Source: Candidatus Jordarchaeales archaeon (GTDB lineage: Archaea > Asgardarchaeota > Jordiarchaeia > Jordiarchaeales > Freyrarchaeaceae). From it: 32,000 nt of DNA. The stretch covers positions 1-32,000 of the forward strand of contig JAWCFL010000004.1 of assembly GCA_038858525.1 (NCBI GenBank). The letters run 5' to 3'. Positions 11,401 to 19,449 of the stretch are shown piece after piece (position 1 is the first letter of the stretch; each line of letters starts with the position of its first letter). The translations under genes and the position numbers were made by a program. A model generated the notes under the pieces. That model saw only the letters and a list, made by a program, of their open reading frames with translations, searched no databases and was not told where the DNA came from.

Positions 11401-11909
11401 GATATCCCCGCTATGTCCTCTATCAGCTTCCTCCTCTCCAGGGGGGACATTAGAACGATGCGGGCAACCTCACCCTGCATTATTATGTTGAGACCACCCG
11501 GACTCGCGTTAACCAATGAAAGCACATCGACTATCTCCGTTCTAGTGGCTAACTTCCCGTTAAGGCGATACTCGCTTCTCCCATCCTTGTTTATCCGCCT
11601 TGAAATTTGAACTTCGTTACTATCAACAGGGATCAACTTGTCACTGTTGTCAAGCCATAAAGTAACCTTAGCATAGCTGGGCTGCTTTCCCTGCTCGCCT
11701 CCAGCAAAGATCAAGTCAGTCAGTATTGATGCTCTTAGGTTCTTGGAACTTAGATTTCCCAGCACAAACAATACTGCATCAATTATGTTGCTCTTACCGC
11801 TACCATTTGGGCCAAAAATAGCTGTGAATCCCCTTGGGAACGTTAAGGTAACTTTCTTGTCGCCGTAACTTTTAAAGTTCGTCATTTCAAGCTTCTTCAA
11901 GAAGACCAA
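8442..11909 (-). CDS. smc: Chromosome segregation protein SMC (condensin-type)
   Basis: 1155 aa with NFKSY, Walker A GPNGSGKSN, Q-loop IIMQG, long coiled coils around a central hinge, signature MSGGEKS, Walker B/D-loop LLDEIDAFLD and H-loop VITLK. Confidence 0.95.
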   Translation of the reverse strand: MVFLKKLEMTNFKSYGDKKVTLTFPRGFTAIFGPNGSGKSNIIDAVLFVLGNLSSKNLRASILTDLIFAGGEQGKQPSYAKVTLWLDNSDKLIPVDSNEVQISRRINKDGRSEYRLNGKLATRTEIVDVLSLVNASPGGLNIIMQGEVARIVLMSPLERRKLIEDIAGISQFEEKREKAQKELEEAKRKFSQLELLYSEAQKRIERLRREKEEAEKWIELSQRIKDLKAALLKVKVTKIDEKVKEVRDRLIMIEERRAKISREREEVINAKHSVEAKIAGLEEDKRRVAEDVKKLASEEQEVSARIAELRAEVKYWEERLKEARMRKERLNALLESIEKEEHMREEEVMRIEAERKRLLEELAREEEALRAITDNKEMVEEKSERVRRRINELREAEREAERRISYAREKLNEALSTLALIEAGLNGKRRELALLEEEKGRVESEALRIENEIKLYEEMFGRVSLILPILLQERQKLEFKVDELRDMMERLRNEEAKAKAMIEAEQVIPPERRREIVDCLRSRGVNVYGFLVDLCESVDVPGPLRSIFMAILVEKVSDVQAALNCIREMGLVRATVFPREAVKACVVEDRSFARMIKSDEFKDVFDYLLGDIILGEGFEKGVDVITEYGTLYSRRGLVVYEGLELREDTDLSALSSEAQKVQRRTMRFRRLVERTAAAIAVLERERESLIRRREKGISKFASLKEELEELKRGIDEVRRVIDDFQVKRDLQRKEVERLSVELKEVEEEARRITTARREVEKEDVLLQAAELEKKLMEKEKRIAGLREELRKVEVALARLQGGREKLGKERIVSELSDVEKEIEEALRRQGSIKASLSDAEKLLADRRRAKEELEEEMRELQREIDAEGVRLKGIDEKVRSLTKVFEEVLSAQGEVASELSRMEAERRGIEKEIEELQLDIGKVPLPNVDAAELEKEMTRLFEERKKLEPVNLKAPEQFEKALEEISGFEEKIRELIEERRKIEEVIEEISRRKREAFMEAFNSINRYFGEFFSELSPGGWAKLVLENEEDPFEGGVVIKAKPAGKEIKSIEAMSGGEKSLTTIAFIFAFYRYKPAPFYLLDEIDAFLDKENVKRVAKLIKKLSKESQFIVITLKDIMVSEADMVYGVTSVDGVSSIVGVNLQEVLPYTEEKERGG

Positions 11910-12053
11910 ACCTTAAGCCCCCGGCAACGAGACAAAACACGGTATATTCCAAGGAAATCCCTAAGCCTCCCAGTTATATGGATTCTAGAAAAATGAACCT
12001 TAATCACCGTAGGAACTCAATGTTTTTAAAAATTATCGTTAAAGGTAAGCGGG

Positions 12054-13598
12054 TTATGTAGCTTTAAGCTTTACTACTCTCGCCTTTCGTGGATCCACTC
12101 CGCGCCATATTGTTTTGAAGCCCAAGAAATCTAGGACAGAATCAATGTCTCTTATGCCATACTTTCTGAGCGCATCCTCCACGTCACTCCTCACTCCTCC
12201 CTCAAAACGCTCCAGCTCCGCTTCAACCTCCTTGAGAAGGGTTTCGCTTATCAGCATGTCCCCCAAAATTCGGTATCCCTCAAATTCAATGTTCTTCCTC
12301 ACCACGTCCACGCTTAGCCCGTACTCAGCCGCCACTTCACTCAAGTAAACAACTTTTTCCTTCGGTTTATACTTCTTAAGTTCTGAGATTCCAAGAGCTT
12401 TCGTGCCCGCCTCAGCTTCCCTCCTGCCAAGCACTTCTAAGAGGCTTTTCAAGGGAATCCTTCTCTTGTAGTATATCACATCCGGATGCCTTTGAAACGC
12501 TGAACAAGCCAGTTCCTCGTTTACAAGCAAAACAACTTTCTCCTGAAGTCTTCCAAGCTTCTCGAGCTTCTTCTTAACATAGTTTTCAGTCCAGAATCCC
12601 ACTATCTCCACATAGACCTTTACGTTCCCCTTCTCCAATACGAAATCCGGCACAAAAACTGAGGACCCCGCGACGAGAGTATCCGGTTCTCTCCGTATTT
12701 TCCAACCCGTACCAAGTGACTGAAATGTAGTGTAGAATTCCTCCTCAATACTGCTATCAAATTCCTCCCTCTTCTCCTTAACGTTCTCCTTAGCGCTAAG
12801 AAGATACTTGTCCCTGTAGGTCAGTAGAAACTCGTAAACTCTAGGCCTACCATCCATGTCCCTTCTCACAACATTCGCCCTCAAAGTCCACCTGTCCAAA
12901 GAGACGATCGACGGCAGAATCTTGGCCATAGAAGTACCGTACTTCTCAGTTAACTTAAGGAGAGAGGCCGGTCCATCGATGGTCAAAGAAACTCCTCCAT
13001 CAGTCTTCTCAGCGAAATACATTAAGCCCCTGTATTTGATCTCTCTAAGCACGCCTCTAAACAAGCCTTCAACGTAAAGGTTCATGCTTGTGGCGTTGAA
13101 AAGTAGCGTCTGAGCCAGAGACAAGTTATACATTTTAAGGAGCTCGATGGGCTCAACCTCGCTGAAAGCTGACAGAACTTGTTCTCCCTCTTGATCCGCC
13201 CATAATGCCTCTTCAACTTCCTCCACGCTGGCGGAAAACTTCGAAGCAACTCTTTCAAGAAGATTCCTCCTCGCATCCCTGTCTGCCACAACCCCCCCAA
13301 CCCTGCTCGCCTCCTCGAAAACTAGCTTTCTAACCTCAGCAGGGTTAAGCCTGCTTTTCACCTCGAACATACTCCTCCTCTCAAGTAAAATACGTAGCCC
13401 TCTGATGAAACGGTAATTGACACCCTGCTCAAACTCACTTAGAATCTCGAGGATCTCGTCTCTCTTCCTCCCAATACTGCTCCTGAAAACCTCTATTACC
13501 TCTGATGCCAACTCAATGTTATCTCTACTAAGCCTAGCGAAGCGAGGAAAAATCTTATTCCCATAAACTTTAACAACCAGTAGCTCGCTAGGAAGCAT
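12054..13598 (-). CDS. bax1: DUF790 family endonuclease (Bax1, XPB partner)
   Basis: N-terminus MLPSELL..KIFPRF, LLKMYNLSLAQTLLF, DGPASLLKLTEKYG and nuclease motif FVPDFVL..VYVEIVGFWT. 514 aa with a C-terminal extension. Confidence 0.85.
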   Translation of the reverse strand: MLPSELLVVKVYGNKIFPRFARLSRDNIELASEVIEVFRSSIGRKRDEILEILSEFEQGVNYRFIRGLRILLERRSMFEVKSRLNPAEVRKLVFEEASRVGGVVADRDARRNLLERVASKFSASVEEVEEALWADQEGEQVLSAFSEVEPIELLKMYNLSLAQTLLFNATSMNLYVEGLFRGVLREIKYRGLMYFAEKTDGGVSLTIDGPASLLKLTEKYGTSMAKILPSIVSLDRWTLRANVVRRDMDGRPRVYEFLLTYRDKYLLSAKENVKEKREEFDSSIEEEFYTTFQSLGTGWKIRREPDTLVAGSSVFVPDFVLEKGNVKVYVEIVGFWTENYVKKKLEKLGRLQEKVVLLVNEELACSAFQRHPDVIYYKRRIPLKSLLEVLGRREAEAGTKALGISELKKYKPKEKVVYLSEVAAEYGLSVDVVRKNIEFEGYRILGDMLISETLLKEVEAELERFEGGVRSDVEDALRKYGIRDIDSVLDFLGFKTIWRGVDPRKARVVKLKAT

Positions 13599-13633
13599 AC
13601 AGTTTCACCCGAAGCCTGCAAGCCTCACTATAA

Positions 13634-13640
13634 CTATAAA
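13634..13640 (-). promoter_or_regulatory. TATA-like element upstream of bax1
   Basis: TTTATAG on the minus strand, 36 bp upstream of the bax1 ATG, within the 116-bp tatD-bax1 gap. Confidence 0.4.
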
Positions 13641-13714
13641 TGACACAAAGTAAGCGTAAAGGCTTTCTTGGGAACCGTGGAGAACGCGCCCTCCGCTCCC
13701 AGCTTCAACAAGAA

Positions 13715-14479
13715 CTAAGTGCAGTTAACACGCTTAAATACTCTTTTCACGTTTTCAAGTAGCGCTTCCTCCACTCTACTAATCTCAAGCCCTTTCACAT
13801 CCGCTATGTTTTTGATAACCATCCTGCAGTTGGCAGGCTCACCAATCACCCCCCTATACTCCACGGGTCCGTCCGACTCACAGAACAAAAGCTCCAAGGG
13901 CACACGTCGAGCCACTCTTCTGACCTTGGCTGAGTAAGTTATCGCCGGAGTCACCGAGAAATAATAACCTTTCTTTATGCCCTCCTCCAGAAGCTCTGAA
14001 GGCCCAGTAAACCAGTGAATGATGGCAGTCAAGTCCCCGTATTCCCCAAGAATACTGAATGTTTTCCTCTCAGCCCTGAAAGAGTGAACGATCACGGGTA
14101 ACTGTTTTTCAACAGCAAAATCCAGCATAGCCCTAAAAACCTCTTCCTGCTTTAACTGTAATTCTCCTACTTTCGACTGGTAACTGTCCAGTCCCACCTC
14201 CCCCACCGCGACAACCTTATCACTCTTCCTTCTCATCAAAGATAGTGCTTCCTCCAAATCTCTCTCCACGCTAAAGTTCAGCTGTACAGCGAGCGGATGC
14301 ACGCCGAGTGCAGGTTTAACTACAGATTCAAAGCCCTCAGCAATGCTAAGCGTTCTCCACATGGAATTCGTATCCATGGAAACTGCGATAATCCTCCATA
14401 CTCCCGCTTTCTTCGCTCGCTCTACAATCTCCTCAGGTTTTTCGTAAAGGTCAACGTGACAATGAACATCAATGATCAT
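13715..14479 (-). CDS. tatD: TatD family metal-dependent hydrolase/DNase
   Basis: IIDVHCH, LGVHP, VGEVGLD, IVHS, IHWF and CESDGP metal-binding motifs. Confidence 0.92.
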   Translation of the reverse strand: MIIDVHCHVDLYEKPEEIVERAKKAGVWRIIAVSMDTNSMWRTLSIAEGFESVVKPALGVHPLAVQLNFSVERDLEEALSLMRRKSDKVVAVGEVGLDSYQSKVGELQLKQEEVFRAMLDFAVEKQLPVIVHSFRAERKTFSILGEYGDLTAIIHWFTGPSELLEEGIKKGYYFSVTPAITYSAKVRRVARRVPLELLFCESDGPVEYRGVIGEPANCRMVIKNIADVKGLEISRVEEALLENVKRVFKRVNCT

Positions 14480-14678
14480 CTAGTTTCACCCTCCCCAAAC
14501 AATGGACATCTCTCTTTCCTTTAAATTCTGCCGCAAAGGTCATTCTCAGTTGCATGTTCCTATATTTATAGCAAGTTTTTGGTGGCGATGTATTAGTCTC
14601 GTAGAACGTAAAACATTTATTGTGTGCTACATCTATTGAGGAATGATCCTTTTTGAATTTGCGGGAGGGCTTCATAGA

Positions 14679-15074
14679 GTGTCTAGGGCCTATGATGTGG
14701 CTAGGCGTAACGTTGTTTTTTGCAGAACAGACGACCCTCTATGTGAAGTTGCTAGAAAAATGGTGGAAGAAGAAGTAGGGTCAGTTCTCGTGCAGGACGA
14801 GGAGGGCAACGTTGTGGGTCTAATAACTGACAGGCAGATATTCCAGTTTGTGGCTGAGGGAGGCAACCCAGCTGACACCATAGCGGAGGAAATTATGACC
14901 TCACCTGTATACACCGTTGATAAAGAAGACACACTGGAGGAAGTCAGAAGGATCTTTCTCAAGACCAATGCCCCCCGCCTCGTCGTCTGCCACGAAGGAC
15001 GCGTAGTTGGCGTCATAAGCCGTAAATTTCTAGAACGAGTCCTCTCCTTAAAGCGCGGCTCTCTGAATGTTTAA
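14679..15074 (+). CDS. CBS domain pair protein
   Basis: Two CBS repeats (VGSVLV..VVGLITDRQI; IMTSPVYTV..RLVV..VVGVISRK). GTG start at 14679 after GGGAGG is preferred over 14643. Confidence 0.85.
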   Translation: MSRAYDVARRNVVFCRTDDPLCEVARKMVEEEVGSVLVQDEEGNVVGLITDRQIFQFVAEGGNPADTIAEEIMTSPVYTVDKEDTLEEVRRIFLKTNAPRLVVCHEGRVVGVISRKFLERVLSLKRGSLNV

Positions 15075-15204
15075 TTTAAACAATTGTGAAATAAAAAAGT
15101 AGAGAAAGAAATATTTTTAAGTTTATTTTTTCAGAATAAGTAGTAACTTTTGATTAAGATCAGTGATGGCTCCTGCAATTTAATCCTTTTAAGGGTGAAT
15201 TTGT

Positions 15205-16074
15205 ATGAGTGATGAAGCTGTTTTTGAAGGTGGGGGGAGGAAACACAATAGCATAGTGCTTAACTCTCTTAGAAGGTTTAAGTCGAAACTGGTGAAGGCG
15301 CTTCACGACTCTGCCACCATGATGGGGCTATGCTTTCTTGATATTAAGGGTCGGATTGTTTACGTGGATCCGCTCTTCAGCCGCTTCGTTTTAAGGTCAA
15401 TTTCAAACTACGTGAAAAAACATTTTCCCTCTCTCCCGGTTGGAAGCTACGTCATACCTGACGATAATATTCCAGTAATACTATGGAGAGTGTCAGATCA
15501 AATGTTTTTGGCCGCTCAAACTAGGGAGTCTGTCGCTCCATTGATAACGCGCACCTCCCTCGTTCTGAGGCTCGCCAAGAAATTCATAAAAAAAATGAGT
15601 TATCCCTCTGATATAGAGGAAAGTCTTGCTGCCGATGACTTTAACATACATGCTTGGGAAGTCTTCTCTTTCAAAGAAGACTTTAGCGATTTTGCGTTGG
15701 GTGCATTGGGGGAAGATAAAGACGTGCTTAAAGTGGTGGAAGCCATTGACGGGAGGAGATCTGTTTTAGCTATAAGTAAGCATACTGGTGTTCCTCTGGA
15801 TAAATGTGTCCTGATACTCAGGAATCTTCTTGAGCAAGGTGCGCTTGTAAAAGTGGAGATTTGTCCACTCATCAGGAAAGTTAACGCAGGAAAGCTTCTT
15901 CTTTTCGGCATCCAGGAAAAGTACGTCCGGCTTTACAGGGAACTAAAAACTCTGTGCGATGGCACAAGAAGCGTGAAGGAGATCGCTGATGCCTTAGGCA
16001 TAGACTACGACAATCTCCGCTACCTCCTAAGCATATTGGGCGAAGACGTCATTTGGGTTAAGCGTGAAGGCTAG
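15205..16074 (+). CDS. Hypothetical protein: roadblock/longin/profilin-like N-domain plus two winged-helix repeats (NPRL2-like architecture)
   Basis: N-terminal helix, GLCFLDIKGRIVYV hairpin, helix, three strands, helix pattern. C-terminal repeats IDGRRSVLAISKHTGVPLDKCVLILRNLLEQGAL and CDGTRSVKEIADALGIDYDNLRYLL. Confidence 0.55.
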   Translation: MSDEAVFEGGGRKHNSIVLNSLRRFKSKLVKALHDSATMMGLCFLDIKGRIVYVDPLFSRFVLRSISNYVKKHFPSLPVGSYVIPDDNIPVILWRVSDQMFLAAQTRESVAPLITRTSLVLRLAKKFIKKMSYPSDIEESLAADDFNIHAWEVFSFKEDFSDFALGALGEDKDVLKVVEAIDGRRSVLAISKHTGVPLDKCVLILRNLLEQGALVKVEICPLIRKVNAGKLLLFGIQEKYVRLYRELKTLCDGTRSVKEIADALGIDYDNLRYLLSILGEDVIWVKREG

Positions 16075-16094
16075 CGGAGGAGGAAAGAGAGAGG

Positions 16095-16682
16095 TTGCAT
16101 CGCTCAAGAGGAGCTGAAAAAGCAGTAAAAAACGGTATTAAGTTAAATAATCTTCTCGCGAAAGCTTTTTTGGTATTGATAATTGTTATGCCAGTTATAG
16201 GCACACTCACCACGCCCGCATTAAGGTATGAAATATCTTTAGAGAAACCTGTAGTGTTCGAAGCTCAAGTAAACAACGTTTCTATCTTCTTTCATCCTGT
16301 AACCGACATAATGTCTCTCAAGGACTTCTTCAAGCTTCATCCGCTTCTCGAGCCAATAATAACCGTCCTCTTGTCAGCGGGTTTACTCTTATTCACCCTC
16401 ACATTCATCCAAACATGGAACCTTCTATCCCTCGTCGCCAGAGGAGACCTGTGGGAAGACTGGAAGTATACTGCCTATGGCGTAGCGTCGTTACTCTACG
16501 CTGGTTACGTCACTTTGGTATGTTTCGTGTGGGGAAACTTGAACTCAAACTACTCGATTTTTAACAGCCCCGTCTTCATAATTCCAGTAGTAGCGTCTCT
16601 CCTATCCACGCCAACATTCCTTTTCCTCTCCTTCTACCGCTTCAGAAAGAAAGCAGAACTATTCATCAGAACAATGGACTAA
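16095..16682 (+). CDS. Hypothetical integral membrane protein (about 4 TM segments)
   Basis: Hydrophobic stretches AFLVLIIVMPVIGTL, IITVLLSAGLLLFTLTFI, YGVASLLYAGYVTLVCFVW and VFIIPVVASLLSTPTFLFLSF, followed by a basic tail. Start codon uncertain. Confidence 0.65.
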   Translation: MHRSRGAEKAVKNGIKLNNLLAKAFLVLIIVMPVIGTLTTPALRYEISLEKPVVFEAQVNNVSIFFHPVTDIMSLKDFFKLHPLLEPIITVLLSAGLLLFTLTFIQTWNLLSLVARGDLWEDWKYTAYGVASLLYAGYVTLVCFVWGNLNSNYSIFNSPVFIIPVVASLLSTPTFLFLSFYRFRKKAELFIRTMD

Positions 16683-17034
16683 AAAGCCCAACAAACGAAA
16701 CACTCTTAATCACAGAACGCCTCGTCGGCTGATGAGAATACACACTACCGGAGTCCACTGAGATGTACACGCTTAAAATTCTTGACGAATGGATCAAGCT
16801 TCACAACGAAGACGGAGAATCTCCCTTCAAAATCGAAAGAAGACACGGAACAAAAAGGAAAAACACCATTACGTTCTCCAAGTAAATTAAGCTCCCTTAA
16901 TTCAAATAGTCAAATCGCGAGATCTCTCCCTTCTATTGACAACTTTCCGCTCTAAGATCCGAACTTTAAATGCTTTAGGTGATCATTAATTTTCAGAGCT
17001 ATTTCTGTTTCAAGCACTTTTCTGTTCCTTTTCG

Positions 17035-17619
17035 TTATTTTTTCGCTTTTTTTAGTTCCTCCACTTTTCTCTCGAATTGCTCAGCGTACACTCGTTCCTC
17101 CAGCTCTCTAGATATTACGGCGGCTTTCATATAGAGGTCCGCGGCTTCCTCAGCTTTTCCCTCTTTTTCTAGCATGTCTGCCTGAGCGAGGAGAATGCTT
17201 CTTCTTCCTTCAAGTTCCGTCTCAACTTTCTTTTTCAGTTCAAACAATTCGGGTGGAACTTCCATTGTCGCTTTCCCAGTCACCTCTTCGGACGGCGACC
17301 ATGAAACTCTTTCCCCCTCAGAAGGGACTACACTCAAATCCCTCACAAAAGACAGAGATTTCACTGCTAATTTTACCCAGAAAAGTTTTCGTAAATCTGC
17401 ATCCCAATCGATTCTGAGAGCAAAATTATTTGGTTCTCCTGAAATAACTACCTGCCCCCAGCTCTTGTCAACATGGCTCTCGGAGGTAGCTTCAAGAGAC
17501 ATCTTCTTTCTGTTAACTTTAACCTTAAACCCGCTCTTCTCCAACTCATCCACGAATCGATCCAGCAACTTTTCTAGGTTCGTTCCCCGTCCTTGGAAAC
17601 GCTTTTCCCATCCAGGCAA
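17035..17619 (-). CDS. Hypothetical protein with C-terminal TPR/MIT-like helical hairpin
   Basis: TTG start after GGAGG. Alpha/beta N-domain, then LLAQADMLEKEGKAEEAADLYMKAAVISRELEE. Confidence 0.65.
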   Translation of the reverse strand: MPGWEKRFQGRGTNLEKLLDRFVDELEKSGFKVKVNRKKMSLEATSESHVDKSWGQVVISGEPNNFALRIDWDADLRKLFWVKLAVKSLSFVRDLSVVPSEGERVSWSPSEEVTGKATMEVPPELFELKKKVETELEGRRSILLAQADMLEKEGKAEEAADLYMKAAVISRELEERVYAEQFERKVEELKKAKK

Positions 17620-17743
17620 TAATAACCCTCCACTAAGGCCACAAAGATTTAATTGAGCGTCGTATATTAAAACATTAATGCCTCGTTAGAAGCAATAACG
17701 CATTCCCCCTCCAAGAATATAAGTCACTAAAATTTCGGGAAGG

Positions 17744-18688
17744 TTAATCCCGCTTATTTTTTAGTACGAATTGCAGTTCGTAATCGTATTCTGTCACTAC
17801 GTTAACCTCGTGCAACCTTCTGTTCGCCTCCTCTAAGCTCTCAGAATCCGCCACTCTCTTGGCGAGAAAGCTAAGTGAGTAGACGACTTCTGTGTCGAAA
17901 TAAAATGTTAGCGTTGAAAGAATTGAAAGGTTAACTTTCCTCTCTCCGCCCCTTATTTCTATGATTCCTCTTTTTCCCCTCCAAGCCAGCAGGGGGAGCA
18001 TGCTTGCCTCCGTTTTGACGTATTTCAAAGCATTGCTCATCGCTTCAACATCCTCATATGTGAGTCCTCTAGCTCCTAGATAGCCGCCTTTCTCAGCTAT
18101 TCTACTTATGCGCTCCAATATCTCCTCCGTTGTTAGCTCCCCGTCACATGAGGGTGCGAAGACTGCTGTGACGGTCGGCACGTCAACTTGGTGTAGCGCA
18201 GCGAGCATCATTGCGTCTGCAAGCGGGCTCCTCAACCCCGCCTCCCCACCCTGAGCCAGCACATCCCCTCCGACGTCGACGCCGACTACGAAGTCTATGT
18301 TCATGCGCCTCACGGTCTCTTTGATCCCCCTAGCAACCCCCTTAACTCCCTTTGTGATGTCGACGAGAAGCGTTTTTTTGCCGAGAAACCTTGCCATGTT
18401 GCTACACTGGAAGACAACACCATAACTGGTTCGCGTTTCACCATCAGCCAGCCCTGTAGTTTCAGAGATCCTCTCAACGCCAACCACCTCCTCGAGGCTT
18501 CTGGGTCCCGGCTTAGGATCATACACTATGCGTTCCCACCCAACCCCACCAAGGATAACCTCAACCCCTAACAGCTCAAGGTATCTCCCCGTCGGAAAAG
18601 CTCCTAAAACATCACCTCCTCCACCTATACCTAGAACAAGCGCTTTCTTAGCGCTCTCAGCTAATCTTTCCAAAGACATCCTAGCCAA
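17744..18688 (-). CDS. DUF1152 family protein
   Basis: GIGGGGDV, GVDVGGDVLA.G.E.GLRSPLADAMMLAAL and SCDGEL motifs. Confidence 0.8.
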   Translation of the reverse strand: MARMSLERLAESAKKALVLGIGGGGDVLGAFPTGRYLELLGVEVILGGVGWERIVYDPKPGPRSLEEVVGVERISETTGLADGETRTSYGVVFQCSNMARFLGKKTLLVDITKGVKGVARGIKETVRRMNIDFVVGVDVGGDVLAQGGEAGLRSPLADAMMLAALHQVDVPTVTAVFAPSCDGELTTEEILERISRIAEKGGYLGARGLTYEDVEAMSNALKYVKTEASMLPLLAWRGKRGIIEIRGGERKVNLSILSTLTFYFDTEVVYSLSFLAKRVADSESLEEANRRLHEVNVVTEYDYELQFVLKNKRD

Positions 18689-18748
18689 AAACGGCCCCCC
18701 TCAAATATAGAAAAAAGAAGTTGGAGGATTAAAAAGAGGCAAAGCCGA

Positions 18749-19351
18749 TTACTTCATTTCTTCTATAGATTCGATATTTATTCCTTCATTTGTGATCGTC
18801 ATTACGTCTATTCCTTCACCTGAACCTACATCTCGCTTCGCGGCAGCCCTTATCGACCTTATCGCTATCTCCCTTCCTTCATCAATCGATAATCCGTCCT
18901 TGTAGAATCTTTCAAGTGTCCCGAAAGCTATGTATGACCCTGAACCAACCGCTGCATACTTCTCCCTCAAGATGGACCCCAAGGGGTCTAATACGTATAT
19001 TGCAGGGCCATCTTTGTCTATGCCACCTACTATCGTTTGGGTTAAGAGGGGATACATTCTTACATCGAACAAGATGTTCGCCATAATCTTCGCGACAGTT
19101 CTCACCGATATAGGCTTCTTCTCCTCCATGAAGTAAATATTTGATATGGCTTCTAAGCGCCTCGCCAAAACCTGCATGTCGGATACGAGACCAGCGCAAG
19201 CCACCCCGATCCTATCAGTTATCTTAAAAACCTTCTTACCTCTACGGCTTAGGACGATGTCTCCCCACGTCACCCTCTTTTCGGATGCAAGCACAACACC
19301 GTTACTGCACGTTAAACCTACAGATGTGGCTGAGTCAGGATAGCCGGCCAT
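18749..19351 (-). CDS. psmB: 20S proteasome beta subunit, predicted non-catalytic
   Basis: Ntn-fold motifs GVVLASEKR, KVFKITDRIG, AGLVSD, VLDPLGS, AVGSGS and RDVGSG. The N-terminus reads DSATSVG instead of catalytic G-TTT-VG. Confidence 0.9.
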   Translation of the reverse strand: MAGYPDSATSVGLTCSNGVVLASEKRVTWGDIVLSRRGKKVFKITDRIGVACAGLVSDMQVLARRLEAISNIYFMEEKKPISVRTVAKIMANILFDVRMYPLLTQTIVGGIDKDGPAIYVLDPLGSILREKYAAVGSGSYIAFGTLERFYKDGLSIDEGREIAIRSIRAAAKRDVGSGEGIDVMTITNEGINIESIEEMK

Positions 19352-19449
19352 AAATGTTTCCCTCCACCTTGCACAAGCAGCTCAAGCTACATAAAACCTT
19401 TTTTATAACGCTTAAATCCTTATCGTGATCTTAAAGGGAGCTTGAGTCT

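Noticed and set aside
8442-13598. SMC next to a nuclease as a Wadjet/MksBEFG-like defence system
   Set aside because: The SMC, ScpA and ScpB are housekeeping condensin types, the nuclease is DUF790/Bax1 rather than a JetD Toprim protein, and a 144-bp gap separates them.
13599-14492. Identical 10-mer GGGTGAAACT just upstream of both tatD and bax1 starts
   Set aside because: Explained as Shine-Dalgarno sequence plus spacer. It is too short to imply a duplication or operator.
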